From Naegleria gruberi (lineage: Eukaryota), in assembly GCA_000004985.1 (NCBI GenBank), contig GG738853.1: 64,000 bases of DNA; one strand, given 5' to 3'. Below are positions 20,130 to 31,837 of the stretch, piece after piece; position 1 is the first letter of the stretch, and each line of letters starts with the position of its first letter. Both the position numbers and the translations under genes were made by a program. Below the pieces are notes generated by a model. It made no database searches, was not told where the DNA came from, and was given only the letters and a program-made list of their open reading frames with translations.

Positions 20130-23100
20130 ATGGATCAATATCAAATTGAATGGAGAACAGCACCCGTTCCTGTTATTGCTCTTGTAAAAAACAAGAGACT
20201 TCATGATGGATTGATTACATGTATTCAAAATAATATTTCTAGAAAGATTAAAATACTTAGCCTCGAGAATGAAAATGAAATAATCAAACCAAAATCAATT
20301 ACTTCCAAATCAAATATTAATTTGTTTGAAAACTTGAGTATGAACTCAATTTTAATATCAAGTAATGTTACTGCTAATTCCGTTATGAATAGTAGTAGTA
20401 GTAATAATAACCAAATATCGTCACCAGTAGTATTAACAAGTCCACCACCTTTACAACCATCATTATCAAGTTCTTCTATCACTTCATCTTCATCATCTAC
20501 ATCTAAAGATTTACCACCACTTCCTTCACATTTGTTAAATAATAATCCTACTAATAGATTTGAAGGAACTAAACCTGCAGGTATATTTAAACGTGGCTGG
20601 TTTAAAAAACATCAAGAATTGATACCAAGTGTTTGTGTAATTATTGTTCATTGGAAATCAGATGAACATTCTACTTGGCGTGCACAAGAAAGTGAAATTG
20701 CTAAAAAAATCTTAGCTGTAAAGGAAACAAGAACAGGAAAAAACACAAAATTTGTTGCAATAATTGTAACAAAGAAATCAACTCCTGTGAGTGAAGTTCA
20801 AGTTGATCCAAACACTTACATGTCAACTGATGATTTTATTTATAATGTCAGAAAAGCAGCTAATTTGGATAGTAAGAATATTATTTTAATGAAAGAATCT
20901 GAAATTAGTGATGATCAATCTTTTAAAACAAAGCTTACAAAACCTATAAAGGAATCTATTGTAAATTACTATAAGGAACAAATGAATATGGTTAAAAAGT
21001 TTAAGAGTGATATTAACAAAACTACTCAACCATATTATTTTGTAAGACATAGAATGAAAGTGGCATTTTACTATGACATTTTGATGAATAGTGGTTTAAC
21101 TACTCAATCGTCTATTCAAAAGATGATTAAATATCTTACACAGGCATATACAGCACTGCAAAATGTGTCAACTACAGATTTTCTTGTAGAGGAAATCAAA
21201 ACTTTGGGAGATATGCTTAATTTTAAACTTTGTTTTATCAAATTATCAGATAAGAAAATTGATATGGCTGTAAAACAATTTTTGAAACACATTTCATGGT
21301 ACAAATTAATTCATGAGGAGGATTATTCATCTAGCTCTATCGATCAATTTAAATTCCATGCAAGAGTTTATTTGCAATACAGAATGATGGGAGAAATTCT
21401 TGAAAGAATTCCACCAAATTTACTTTCACCTGATCAAAGATATCAAAATCCAGGATTTTATTATCAAGCAGCAGCTACACATGCCAAATATAGAAAAACA
21501 TATGCTTCCAATGTATGTGACCTTCACAAGGAATTGGTAGATTCCATATTTGCAGGCAATGAAGAATTGTTAACAAAAATCAAAATTGAAGATTATCACT
21601 ACTTGACTGGATATTATGGTAAAGTGATTGAAATGCCAGAACTTTCAGAAAAATTGAAGGGAAATACTAACGGTATTAATATTAGAAATATCAGAGATAT
21701 TGCTCGTGAGCTAATTCTTGCTAAACATTCAGAAACTATAATTCAAATGTTAACCAATGCTTACAATCACTTCAATGTTAAAAAAGATTCTCAACTTAAA
21801 AGAATGATGTACTATATTGCAAGCAGTATTGCTAGTGAACATTACGAGTCTGGAAACTATGAGAAGAGTAAAGTTTTCTTTGACAAGATTGCCAAACACT
21901 ACAGAAAAGAACAATGGTATGAACTGTTGACAGTAGTGTTACAGAGATCACTGGAATGTTCAAAACAATTGAAACTTTCAAAACAATTTGTTTTACACGC
22001 TCTTGAATTAATTTCAACTTGTAAGTTTAAATGATATAATACTTTTTAACACTAAAATTTCACAGTAATGACAAATCCACTTCAAGAAAAACATCAACAT
22101 TTGAATGATTTATTATTATTTATTAACACACCTGATCAAGTTATTTTACCTCCATTGTCCTCTCCTGTTGTTATAGATATGGACTCTAAAAATGTTTTAT
22201 TCCAACTTAAAACACAATTCAGTGTTCCTTTTGCATCTGTCTACCAACCAATTCAATTTTCAGTTCAAATCACTTCTTATATTCCTTCTGATTTGAGAAT
22301 TTCATCCTTGACAATTTTGTTCAGTGACAAGGAGTATAATATTCATATTCAAGATGGGCAACCAATTCCAATTCCAACATTACCTGATGCTAAAGTGAAA
22401 GAGAGTAATGGTGTTCAACAAGTTAATGAATCAGCTAGTCAATCTGGTGAACCTTTGGATTTGGTTTTGAAGGCAAACTGTCAACCATGTACTTTTAATT
22501 TCCCACTCATAATTAAGCAAAGACAAGATCTTCAATGTTTAGGAGTTTCACTTTCTCTTAAAGGACCAGTTCCAAACCAAGAAATTAGATTCCAGTGGAA
22601 ATTCTTAGATAATGAATATTTCCTAACACTTTTGAAGAGTTACGATTATAGACTTTTCTACTCTGAGGGATTGTTTGTTGAGAGACCTGTTGTGATTATT
22701 ACAGAACCAGAACCTAATCTTTCTCTTTCGTTTGCTCACTTACCTCCAGCTCTTGTAAATGAATATTATAGTATCAGTAAGTTTTCAAGAATTTGAATTA
22801 TTTTTATTAATCCTTGTAAAGAAATAACATTACATTCCAACGATGATCACGTAACTGAAGGAAGGTTGGTCATTGATAACATTCCATCTGTAGAGATTAC
22901 TCACATCTATCAAGATGAATTGGTTCCACTAACAAGCGAGGGTATCAAAGTGCCAGAAATTGTTGCTAATGGAAGTTACAGCGTTATCATTTTCTTGAAA
23001 TGTGAAAAGCCAGGAATCAACAAACTACAGTGTAGAGTCTCTTACGGAACTAAACTTTATCCACAATTAGAAAGAAGTACATCGTTTGATGTTTCTTGTC

Positions 23101-24065
23101 AATATCCATTTGATTCACATTTCCACTTTATGGCTACCAGACAAGCTGAGAGCAAAATTGTAAGAGATGAACAAAGGGATATTGTACTCAATGAGAATGA
23201 AATGATGTTCAGACTCTTACCATCTCAAAGAGTATCATTCTACCAAAAAATTATTAGTAATGTTAGTCAAAATATTTCAGTCTCAGATCCATTTGCCAAG
23301 GACAAGACACAATCAGGATTTTCTTATTTGGAAGGTTTTTCAGTTCTGCAAGCCATTGCTCTTCAAACTTCTCTCAAATGTACTACTCCTTATTCTGTAA
23401 ATTTGGAAGAAGTATCAATTGATTCCTCTGATAAGTTTATGTGTATGACTTCAACTGATTATACCTCTACTCTCTATGCAAACTCTTACAAGACCTATCT
23501 TGAAGATAAGGATGAACATAGTTCTTGTTTTGTAATTGTTCCAAGAGAGATTGGAAAGAATGTTCCTGTTGGAAATATTCGTATTGCACTTAAAAGAGCT
23601 GAACCAATTAATATTGATGAGATTGATCCAATACTTGTAGAGAAATTTAATTTAGCGAGAATTGAATATTCAACTCAACTTCCTCCTCTCAATATTATTG
23701 ATCCAGGTGTTACAGTAAGCTTTTGCTCACCTTTCGAAGCTTTTGTTGGTACTTCTATCAAATGTAGTTTAATTGTTGAGAACAATACACCACAAGTACA
23801 ACAAGTTCAATTATTCGTATCAGAAAATCCAACCTATCAACCATTCTTCTACTCTGGTACTACCAATTTGAGATTTTCTATTTTACCTTATCAAAGTAGA
23901 GAATTGGTTTATAATTTTGTTCCTATCATGACAGGATTAATTGAATTCCCAAAGTTTTCATTAGGAAATTTGAAAAAACAAGTTCACATCCTCAATGATG
24001 ATGAGAAATGGACAATCTACATTCATGAAAAGAATACATTGCCTGAAACTTTTAACATGCAATAA
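20130..24065 (+). CDS. TRAPPC11: TRAPP complex subunit 11 (Gryzun/foie-gras family) (exons 20130..22020, 22066..22776, 22822..24065)
   Basis: Three ORFs join in frame through GTAAGT donors at 22021 and 22777. The acceptors are at 22064-22065 and 22820-22821, and both introns are 45 nt. PAGIFKRGWFKKHQELIPSV, GKNTKFVAIIV, YYFVRHRMKVAFYYD and QNPGFYYQAAATHAKYRK parallel human TRAPPC11. Confidence 0.85.
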
Positions 24066-24121
24066 ACCATCAATCATTTTGACCTTTAATTTAAAATCAA
24101 AAAAAAAGAAACTGAAAAAGA

Positions 24122-25423
24122 ATGAACACTCATTTCAATGATCTTTCCATTGTTTTTGATCAATCATCATCGGAATGTTTTCATTCAATTGACAATAATC
24201 AATTATTATCATCACCATCCACCACCAACTATGAAATGTTAAAAATCAAGATGAAACAAACAAAATATGAAACATTGGAAAATCAAGTAACAAATCTCTT
24301 TGAACAAAAAGAAATTGTCAAACAATTTTGGAAATTGGAAAGAGAATTTAAATATCTATCTCCCAAGGTACCCAATTATCGATCAATTTTATTACAGGTC
24401 ATTAATAGAAGTTCTGGAATGGTATTACAATATGCAACTAATGAATTGAAGAATGATATTCAGGTGGTGACAAGTGCCTTTATGAAAACTGCTCGTTCTA
24501 TTCAATTTGTTTCGAATAAGTATATTGTAATGAAACTTATAAAAGGGACAAGCTATGCTCCACACCGTTTACAATATTTAAGTGAAGAAATGGCAAGAGA
24601 TGATGAAATTATTCTTGCACTTATTTCACTTTCAAAAATTGGAACTGAAAAATTTATTGAACAACTAAAATTGGATTTTCACACAAATTTCAGAATTAAT
24701 CCAAATGTAATAATGAAATGTTTTTTACAATGCCATTGGATGATTAAATTTGCAGATGAATCACTAAGGGACAATGAAGAATTCATGCTAAAGGCAATGG
24801 AAACCTATCCTAAAACATTATACTACATTTCAGATAGATTGAAACTAAACAAGTCATTTATTCTCAAAGCTGTTAACACAAATGGAAGAGTTTATAATTT
24901 TCTTTCTCCTGAATTTCAAAATGATACTGAAATTATTTCAACAGCTGTGAAACGAAATGGATTTATTTTTGCCTCAATACCAAGAAAATTTCACTCCAAT
25001 AAGGAAATTTTATTGAGTGCCTTCATTGATGGATGTGACAGATATAATGGAAACAATTTTTACACAGTCAATGGTCAATATCGATTCATTTTTAAACAAG
25101 TTCCAAAGGCACTGAAAAGCGATAGAGAACTTGCATTGTCACTTGTTCAAAGATTTGGATATTCTATTTATTATTTGAGCAGAGATTTGATTAATGACAG
25201 AGAAATTGTGTTAAAAGCCATTGAAAATTGTTATTTCTCTATTATGGTAGTTTACAAACATATCTTTGTGTATAGAGATGATGAAATTATGAAATTGGCA
25301 GCAAGACAATATCAACCATCGTCATCATTATCACTACAACTTGATAGGAAATTAAGACGAGAAATTGAGGATGAAAAATATTCTAAACGATCTTCATTTT
25401 CATGGAACAAGTATCAGTACTAA
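24122..25423 (+). CDS. DUF4116-repeat protein
   Basis: 433-aa ORF. It carries repeated ~35-aa units of the DUF4116 type (LQYATNELKNDIQVVTSA, LKAVNTNGRVYNFLSPEFQNDTEIISTAVKRNG, LSRDLINDREIVLKAIEN). Confidence 0.7.
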   Translation: MNTHFNDLSIVFDQSSSECFHSIDNNQLLSSPSTTNYEMLKIKMKQTKYETLENQVTNLFEQKEIVKQFWKLEREFKYLSPKVPNYRSILLQVINRSSGMVLQYATNELKNDIQVVTSAFMKTARSIQFVSNKYIVMKLIKGTSYAPHRLQYLSEEMARDDEIILALISLSKIGTEKFIEQLKLDFHTNFRINPNVIMKCFLQCHWMIKFADESLRDNEEFMLKAMETYPKTLYYISDRLKLNKSFILKAVNTNGRVYNFLSPEFQNDTEIISTAVKRNGFIFASIPRKFHSNKEILLSAFIDGCDRYNGNNFYTVNGQYRFIFKQVPKALKSDRELALSLVQRFGYSIYYLSRDLINDREIVLKAIENCYFSIMVVYKHIFVYRDDEIMKLAARQYQPSSSLSLQLDRKLRREIEDEKYSKRSSFSWNKYQY

Positions 25424-25548
25424 GTGAAAATTCGCAATTTATACTTTTTCATAGATTTTTCATAGAGAATGAATCTATGTTATTAATGAGGTAGAAAATC
25501 TCAATAATAAAAAATCCAATTTTTCAATTATTTTTTCTTTAAAAAAAA

Positions 25549-26127
25549 ATGTCAAAACATCGATGGAAATGTGATTTACTTTTGTTATTGTTTATTATTG
25601 TAATTATTGTTATTGGATTGAGTTCAATTCCGATGTGGATTTTTTATTCGAAAGTTGATTCTCAAGCAATGAAAATTCTAAATGATGAAAATTTGTTAAT
25701 TGATGCACTAGTTGAAAATGGAACATTTAATTGTGGAATGGATGTGAATTTATTGGAATATTGCTTTCCACTTGTTAGAATGAATAATTTATTTCCTTTT
25801 CGAATTTCTAATAATTTATTAGAATCTAATTATACCATATTGAGAAGTACTACATTTTACACCTATAAAATACCTCAAAATGGACAATTAATTCAATTAT
25901 ATATTGATAGTAATTCAACGCCTGCAACTTCATTATTTATTACATTTGATAAGAGTGAAAATTTCACAAGTTTACAATTATTTCAAATTTACAATTCTCT
26001 AAAATGGGAAGGAAATGTTTTATTTTTTATTGCATGCATTGCTTGTCTGATTGCATTTGTTGGTTGTTGTGGAGGAAGTGTATGGACTATTTATTATTGT
26101 TGTAATTTGAGAGGTCAATTAAGTTAA
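25549..26127 (+). CDS. two-TM membrane protein with Cys-rich C-terminus, unknown function
   Basis: 192-aa ORF with an N-terminal TM segment (LLLLLFIIVIIVIGL). A C-terminal TM segment is followed by CCGGSVWTIYYCC. I recognise no family. Confidence 0.45.
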   Translation: MSKHRWKCDLLLLLFIIVIIVIGLSSIPMWIFYSKVDSQAMKILNDENLLIDALVENGTFNCGMDVNLLEYCFPLVRMNNLFPFRISNNLLESNYTILRSTTFYTYKIPQNGQLIQLYIDSNSTPATSLFITFDKSENFTSLQLFQIYNSLKWEGNVLFFIACIACLIAFVGCCGGSVWTIYYCCNLRGQLS

Positions 26128-26352
26128 TATTGATTTAATGAGTTTGATTATACTTTGAAAATCCAGTGGAAGTTTCCGTTCAAGAAGATCAAAATTCTTG
26201 ACAGACCTTGTAGCTATTTCAAGTCGAATGTGATCGATACAGATGATAATTATCAATTTTATTAAGGAATGGTTGACAACTCTTTAACAGAAAATAAATA
26301 ATTAGTAAGCTAGGACCTTAGTGCTTCATATTTTTTGATCATCTTTCAAGAA

Positions 26353-26423
26353 GCATTAGTAGTGTAACGGTATCATACCAGCCTTCCAAGCTGGTGACCC
26401 GGGTTCGACTCCCGGCTAATGCA
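26353..26423 (+). tRNA. tRNA-Gly (UCC)
   Basis: 71 nt, GCATTAGTAGTGTAACGGTATCATACCAGCCTTCCAAGCTGGTGACCCGGGTTCGACTCCCGGCTAATGCA. The cloverleaf is canonical with anticodon loop CTTCCAA, and a TTTT run lies ~7 nt downstream. Confidence 0.92.
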
Positions 26424-27026
26424 ATTCAATTTTACAGTTGATAGAAATAAGTTTTTCTCTTTTTTCATTAATTAAAACCTTAAACAGCAGTTCAAAATGA
26501 AATTAATAAAGTGCAAATTGAATAAATTGCTATTATTTGATCCTTTGAAAATTGTAACTGCTCAGAACCACTTGTAGATTCCAAAGTTCATTAAATAATT
26601 AACAGAATTGACTTGTTGAGATTTCTTGTTCTCTAACCAACAAGAAATCTCAGCTACTTAATCTTCACAAAAGAAGAATAAGAAGAATAAGAAAATTATG
26701 AAGGAATTTGTGAGAAAAAACATGTAAACAAATGGTTTCATCTATTGACGAGGATGAGTATGAACAATATTCAATCAATTCTAAATTCTAAATATTTAAT
26801 AAATTGTTTAACGAAATGGATTGATTGTCTGTTGATGGTTTTTGGAGTGCATGAGAGGATTTACACCAGCTGAGCTCTATCTATCTCTTGGATTATTAAG
26901 GCGAGGAATCTACTAACCAATACCCTCAGAAATGGTTTCCAACAACTTGTAAAAAGCACTAATCAATCTTCAAGAAACGGTGCCATTCTTAAAGACATGT
27001 TGATATCAGCTAAACTAAAATTGAAT

Positions 27027-27097
27027 TGCATTAGCCGGGAGTCGAACCCGGGTCACCAGCTTGGAAGGCTGGTATGATACCGTTACACTACTAATGC
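27027..27097 (-). tRNA. tRNA-Gly (UCC), inverted duplicate
   Basis: This is the exact reverse complement of the 26353..26423 tRNA sequence. Confidence 0.92.
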
Positions 27098-28230
27098 TTC
27101 TTGTAAGATGATCAAAAAATATGAACCACCAAGTGGTAGCCATGATAATTTTCATGGAAACAATTATATTTTTTGGTAATTAATTCGATATCCAATACTT
27201 GAACATAGAAATGCGTATGGAACTAATAATTATAATTAATGTTTCAATAAAATATACTTGCTTCCGTATAACATGTCAGATTCCTTTGTTGTCACAGATC
27301 TAACATGTAAAGAAAGATACAAGCAGAGCTGAAAATTACCTTTTTTGTTGTTCTTTCAAAGCGTACAAATGAAATTGAAACTTCATGGGTGAAAAAATTT
27401 TACTGTTTTGCATTCATTCTTTGTTCTAACAGTAAAGATTCCAATAGGTAAATTAACATGTCAATATTGTTGCAATGTGTTGTTATCACCTGGCATAACA
27501 ATATCTGATATTAAATCCATTCTTATGACCATGTTCGTGATGTAAGCTTCAAATGTCATTGTACAAAATTAATCTTGTCATTCCAATTCCAACCATTGAA
27601 CCATATCATGTAAGTTTTAGTTGATTCACAACCTCCCAAAACGAAAGAAATCTCCAAATAATGTTCCATCGCCATTGACAAAAATAGAGCTATTTCGAAG
27701 AGCTTGAAAGATTACTCTCATACAGTTTCGAATAGGATTGCTGCACAGCAAAACTATTGCACAACAAACTTCTTTGCAAAAAAGTATGACTAATAAGCAC
27801 ACAACCAACAACTCTTCTGATTCTCAATTATTTTCCTCATCAATCCCACCTATTCACTTCATTCCACCTACTACTACTGTCATCATTAATACAACTAATG
27901 TAATAACAAACGCAGCGAATGTGAATAATAATAATATGGTAAATGTTGATTTGCTTCTTTCTAATGAGAGTGCCACCAGAAACATTGGTAATTTAGTTCC
28001 GCATGAATTAAATAATTTTTTTCCAATGTGATGATTAATTATGATGACCAATGGAGTCCAGCCTTGCCAATCACATCTGAAAGCCTTGAAGCATACAGAC
28101 AAATGTAAATGTGTATATTATAGGATGCGTGAGAATATCGTACGCATATGTTTCTGCTTTTTTGAATACTAATAATATTCATCAAATGTTAAATTTCTTC
28201 TCGAGATGATGGAAGATAAAACTCCCTTTG

Positions 28231-28405
28231 TAATATTACTCTCTCAACATGTACTTCTAATAAAGTAAACCAAATTACTTTAAACTCTTCAATGTAGTAG
28301 ATCCCAAACATCTTGTTGTACAACTTTTAATATTACACACTCTCTCAACATGTATTTCTAATAAAGTAAAAAACCAAATTACTTTAAACTCTTCAATGTA
28401 GTAGA
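28231..28405. repeat. two direct copies of a ~71-78 bp unit (28231..28301 and 28328..28405)
   Basis: TAATATTAC...CTCTCAACATGTA[C/T]TTCTAATAAAGTAAA..CCAAATTACTTTAAACTCTTCAATGTAGTAGA occurs twice about 97 bp apart in an otherwise non-coding stretch. Confidence 0.8.
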
Positions 28406-28774
28406 GGTAATAGTTAATTACTGGCATTCAACTTATAGTAGTAGATGAATGGTATTATGATGATACTGGAGAGGGTTAGAATCGGTTAGTAGAGAGAATT
28501 GCATTTTGAATAGATTCTATCAAAAATGATAACATAACATGTTTACATTTTGTTTGAATTTTTTTGTCGTCCCAAAACGTCCTGAAAAATATTTTAATGA
28601 AACGTTTACAATTGAATTTCTGTTCCAATTTGGACTATGTGTTTCCAAATCTATTAATAAAATCATATTGTAAAAATCTAGAATACTGTATTGTAATAGT
28701 ACTCTTAACAAATTCCTTAACTTTCTTTAAATAGAGTGAAATAAAAAGATGAATTAAGATTTTTCTAAAAAAAA

Positions 28775-29432
28775 ATGCTCAACAATTCATCATCAGCATT
28801 GTCATCATTAAATTTATCAAGGCTTCTTTTAATAATAGGATTTGCAAGTTTTTATTGCTTGTTTGTTTATTGTGATTTTCCCGTTGATGTTAAAGAATTA
28901 AATATTAAAAATATATATGCAGATGATTCAGTGGATTGTAACGAATTTGATTATTATTATTTCAATGTTCCGAAGGATTTTAAAGTACAACGATTTTATT
29001 TATCATTCCGTTTTACAAATGATGATGAAGATAAGAGTGATAAACCTGCTCTAGCAATTTATTTTAAAATAGGAAAATTAGCAAATGAAACTGATTATGA
29101 TGCAATGACAAATTCACCTGATATTCCAATTGCTTTTGATAAAATTCCACCTGATACTAATTGTTATTTAACTATTGCAGGTAAAGGAATGTGTAAACAA
29201 GGATTTGAAACTACGAATCATTATTATTTTAAAGGATATTTGGATAAACAAGGACCTATTCCAGAGTAAGTTTTTTTTAATGAGAATTAATGAAAAATTG
29301 AAATGTGAAAGTTGGGCATTATTTGTAATTATTATTGGAGGTTCAATTATACTTTGCATTTCTTTGGTTGCTTGTGTATCTGCCTATAGATATTATCAAT
29401 TTAAGAGAAGACATTATGAAGTTTTGGAATAA
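28775..29432 (+). CDS. type I single-pass membrane protein, unknown function (exons 28775..29265, 29312..29432)
   Basis: The donor is GA|GTAAG at 29266 and the acceptor AG is at 29310-29311 (46-nt intron). The phase-2 join gives ...QGPIPD-WALFVIIIGGSIILCISLVACV-SAYRYYQFKRRHYEVLE. The N-terminus has a hydrophobic signal or anchor. Confidence 0.6.
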
Positions 29433-30250
29433 GAATTATTGAAAAATATAATTGAGGATTCTAAATGAGAGCGAGCTGTTGTTTACAAGATGTGATGTTG
29501 TGAAACTAAAAGAGTAAAGTTTATTGACATTAAGCCAACATTATTATTACATACTTTGTTGATCTACCATCAGTTGCAAATTGTAAAAAATCGTAGTGGA
29601 AAATAGTCTGCAGAAACACAAAAAAAAACGAACGTACGAATATATTGATGAACATTCTTACAACACCATCAGTAACGTGGAGATAAATAATAGTTTAAAC
29701 ACCAAACATAAGAAGGGCAATAAGTAAACAACTGGTGGTCCAAAACACCCATTTTTTTATCTGACTAAAGGGGAGATGGATGCAATTAGTAAAGCTGTGG
29801 ATAGTGAAAAGCAGAAGTTGTATCAACAAACAACATTTTAAAATGTAACAACGATAGAAGGATCCACAAGTTTATCAATCATTAAAAGAAATCATCCAAA
29901 TCTCTGTCCTCCCTTTCTTGTTCTTAATCACTATTTTTTTACAAACGAGTTTAGTCTAGACTGCAAAAACCAGACTGCCAATTGGTCACAAAACATTTAA
30001 CAGTATTCTCTCATGAAATTCGAATACATGAATTAAATGAAATGGTTCAGAAAGATATGAATGAAATGATTGATAATGAGAATACTTTGGAAAGCTGAGT
30101 TGATATTTGAATAGTAAATTGAATCAGTTTTCTATCCAAATTTGGAACCTTACATCCAACTATTTTCAGCTTGTCCCAAATGAAAAACAATTCGAAATGG
30201 TTTAAATTAGCACCATCTGGTTGAACTATCCAATCCAACAAAAACAAAAA

Positions 30251-31222
30251 ATGAAAGCAAATCTAATCTTTTCAATTGCAATTCTACTCTTGCTTGCAAT
30301 CCTCTCAGTTCAAGCAAGTGATAGCTATCAAACTAAACCTCCAGTTGTCGTAGTTGACAAGTATCACAAGCCAAAGGTTTGTAAGAGAAAATGCTTAAAG
30401 CATAAGTGGATTAAGAAGTGTTTGAAACATAAACTCGTTGGTCAAAAGAAGGTCTGTGATCAATATGCAATTGTCGGTGCTGGCAAATGTCTCAAACATA
30501 AGAAATATTCCAAATGTGACAAGTACAGTAAGCCAACAAAGAAGTGTGTCTTGCATGCATACAAGATTGTTGGATGTGCCAAGAAGAAGTACTGGAAAGT
30601 TTGCGATTCTTATGGAACTAAGAAGATTTGCATCAAGAAGGGTTTCAAGAAGTTCTGTGCCAAGTACAAGATTATCAACAAGTGTTTCAAGAAGGGTTTC
30701 AAGAAGGTCTGTAAGAAATTCAAGAAGGTTCCAATCAAGAAGTGTGAAAAGAAGAAGATCTGTGACAAGTACACTGTTGATTCTTACAATAAGAAGGTTG
30801 CCAAATGTAGATATGTTAAAAAGTGCAAGATTGTCTCCTGGGCAAAGAAATGTGCCAAGTATAAGAAGGTTAAATACTGTAAGGAAAGAAAATCTTTCAA
30901 GAAGTGTTGTCTCATTAAGAAGAAATTCTTCTGTGCCAAGCATAAGACCATCAAGTTCTGTAAACACAAGAAGACTCTCTCCAAATGTGTCAAATATAAC
31001 AAGAAGAAGTATTGTGCCAAGTCAATTGTCATTCCACCAAGATGTATCAAGAAGAAGTATTATAAGAAGTGTGTGAAACGTTCAAAGGGAAAGAAGATTT
31101 GTAAGAAATTCAAATTAGTTGGTGGAAAGAAGAAGTGTTGCAAGTCAATTAAGAAGAAGATTTGTATCAAGAGAAAGACATGTAAGAAGCCAACAAAACC
31201 AATCGTCAAACCATCCTTGTAA
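30251..31222 (+). CDS. secreted, extremely basic Lys/Cys-rich repeat protein (323 aa)
   Basis: The ATG at 30251 gives MKANLIFSIAILLLLAILSVQA, which is signal-peptide-like. About 300 aa follow, built from K-rich spacers between Cys residues (KCLKHK, KKGFKKFCAKYK, KKGFKKVCKKFKK...). My hand count is ~108 Lys and 32 Cys, with very few D/E. All other frames are open only because of the AAG/CTT bias. Confidence 0.7.
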   Translation: MKANLIFSIAILLLLAILSVQASDSYQTKPPVVVVDKYHKPKVCKRKCLKHKWIKKCLKHKLVGQKKVCDQYAIVGAGKCLKHKKYSKCDKYSKPTKKCVLHAYKIVGCAKKKYWKVCDSYGTKKICIKKGFKKFCAKYKIINKCFKKGFKKVCKKFKKVPIKKCEKKKICDKYTVDSYNKKVAKCRYVKKCKIVSWAKKCAKYKKVKYCKERKSFKKCCLIKKKFFCAKHKTIKFCKHKKTLSKCVKYNKKKYCAKSIVIPPRCIKKKYYKKCVKRSKGKKICKKFKLVGGKKKCCKSIKKKICIKRKTCKKPTKPIVKPSL

Positions 31223-31312
31223 AATAGTTGACAAATTTTTCTCTAATTACCTGTAAAATAACAAGAGAATTAATAAAGTATTGAACTTTAACAAAATTCA
31301 ATGCAAAATATC

Positions 31313-31384
31313 CTCCCATGCCGGGAATTGAACCCGGACCTCCTGGGTGAAAGCCAGGTATCCTAGCCATTGGACTACACGGGA
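31313..31384 (-). tRNA. tRNA-Glu (UUC)
   Basis: The reverse complement is TCCCGTGTAGTCCAATGGCTAGGATACCTGGCTTTCACCCAGGAGGTCCGGGTTCAATTCCCGGCATGGGAG. The cloverleaf is canonical at 72 nt, and a TTTT run lies ~8 nt downstream. Confidence 0.92.
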
Positions 31385-31837
31385 TCTCATTCATGATGAA
31401 AACATTCCCATTTCATAGATAAAACACACAAATTGACCATAATCTGTTGGCACTTGCAGTGAACAACCACTCCCAGTTGCCATCAAGACTGGTTGTAGTT
31501 TCCACTTGATTTTAAATCTTGTTCTCTTAGTATTTACGTTGTACATCGGAGCCTTCATACACGCTCTTTATGTTATTTTAATGAAGGATTAAATAAATTG
31601 ATTTTATTAACATCTAGACTTGTCCCTAGTTGTAAAATGATATACGAGTTAGGCATAGGGCAAGGTTGTGAACATTGTTATGTCCGTGATGATTCGGTCC
31701 TTTTTATTAGATCCGTCATCAAAATAACCATGTCAATAACCATCTTTTTGACATGTTCAAGTTGTTGGTTGGTTACAAACACACACTCATTTAGTCAGTT
31801 TTCAGCAATCAATGAAAAACTATCATCTTTAAAAAAA

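Larger units (their letters stand above)
26325..27125. repeat. inverted duplication: two 110-bp arms (26325..26434 and 27016..27125), each holding tRNA-Gly plus flanks, with a 581-bp spacer
   Basis: Identity extends beyond the tRNAs. About 28 nt of 5' flank are shared (TTCATATTTTTTGATCATCTT[T/A]CAAGAA), as are ~11 nt of 3' flank (ATTCAATTTTA). Confidence 0.85.

Noticed and set aside
27626-28102. Short ORFs (27626..27811 minus, 27738..28031 plus, 27854..28102 minus) in the 1.6-kb region after the tRNA-Gly pair
   Set aside because: There is no recognisable domain. The translations are low-complexity T/N-rich, the ORFs overlap each other, and no convincing splice joins exist. I cannot support a gene here, although a fast-evolving small gene is not excluded.
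30395-31076. Long ORFs on both strands and in alternative frames overlapping the Lys/Cys-rich gene (30395..30967 minus, 30438..31076 plus, 30784..31050 minus)
   Set aside because: They are artefacts of the AAG/AAA-rich coding sequence, which lacks stop codons in other frames. Their products are L/F/T- or R/S-rich nonsense with no start context, and only the 30251 frame has a signal peptide and a coherent repeat.
31206-31394. ORF 31206..31394 (minus) encoding ...PGFHPGGPGSIPGMGG...
   Set aside because: This is simply a translation through the tRNA-Glu gene at 31313..31384.
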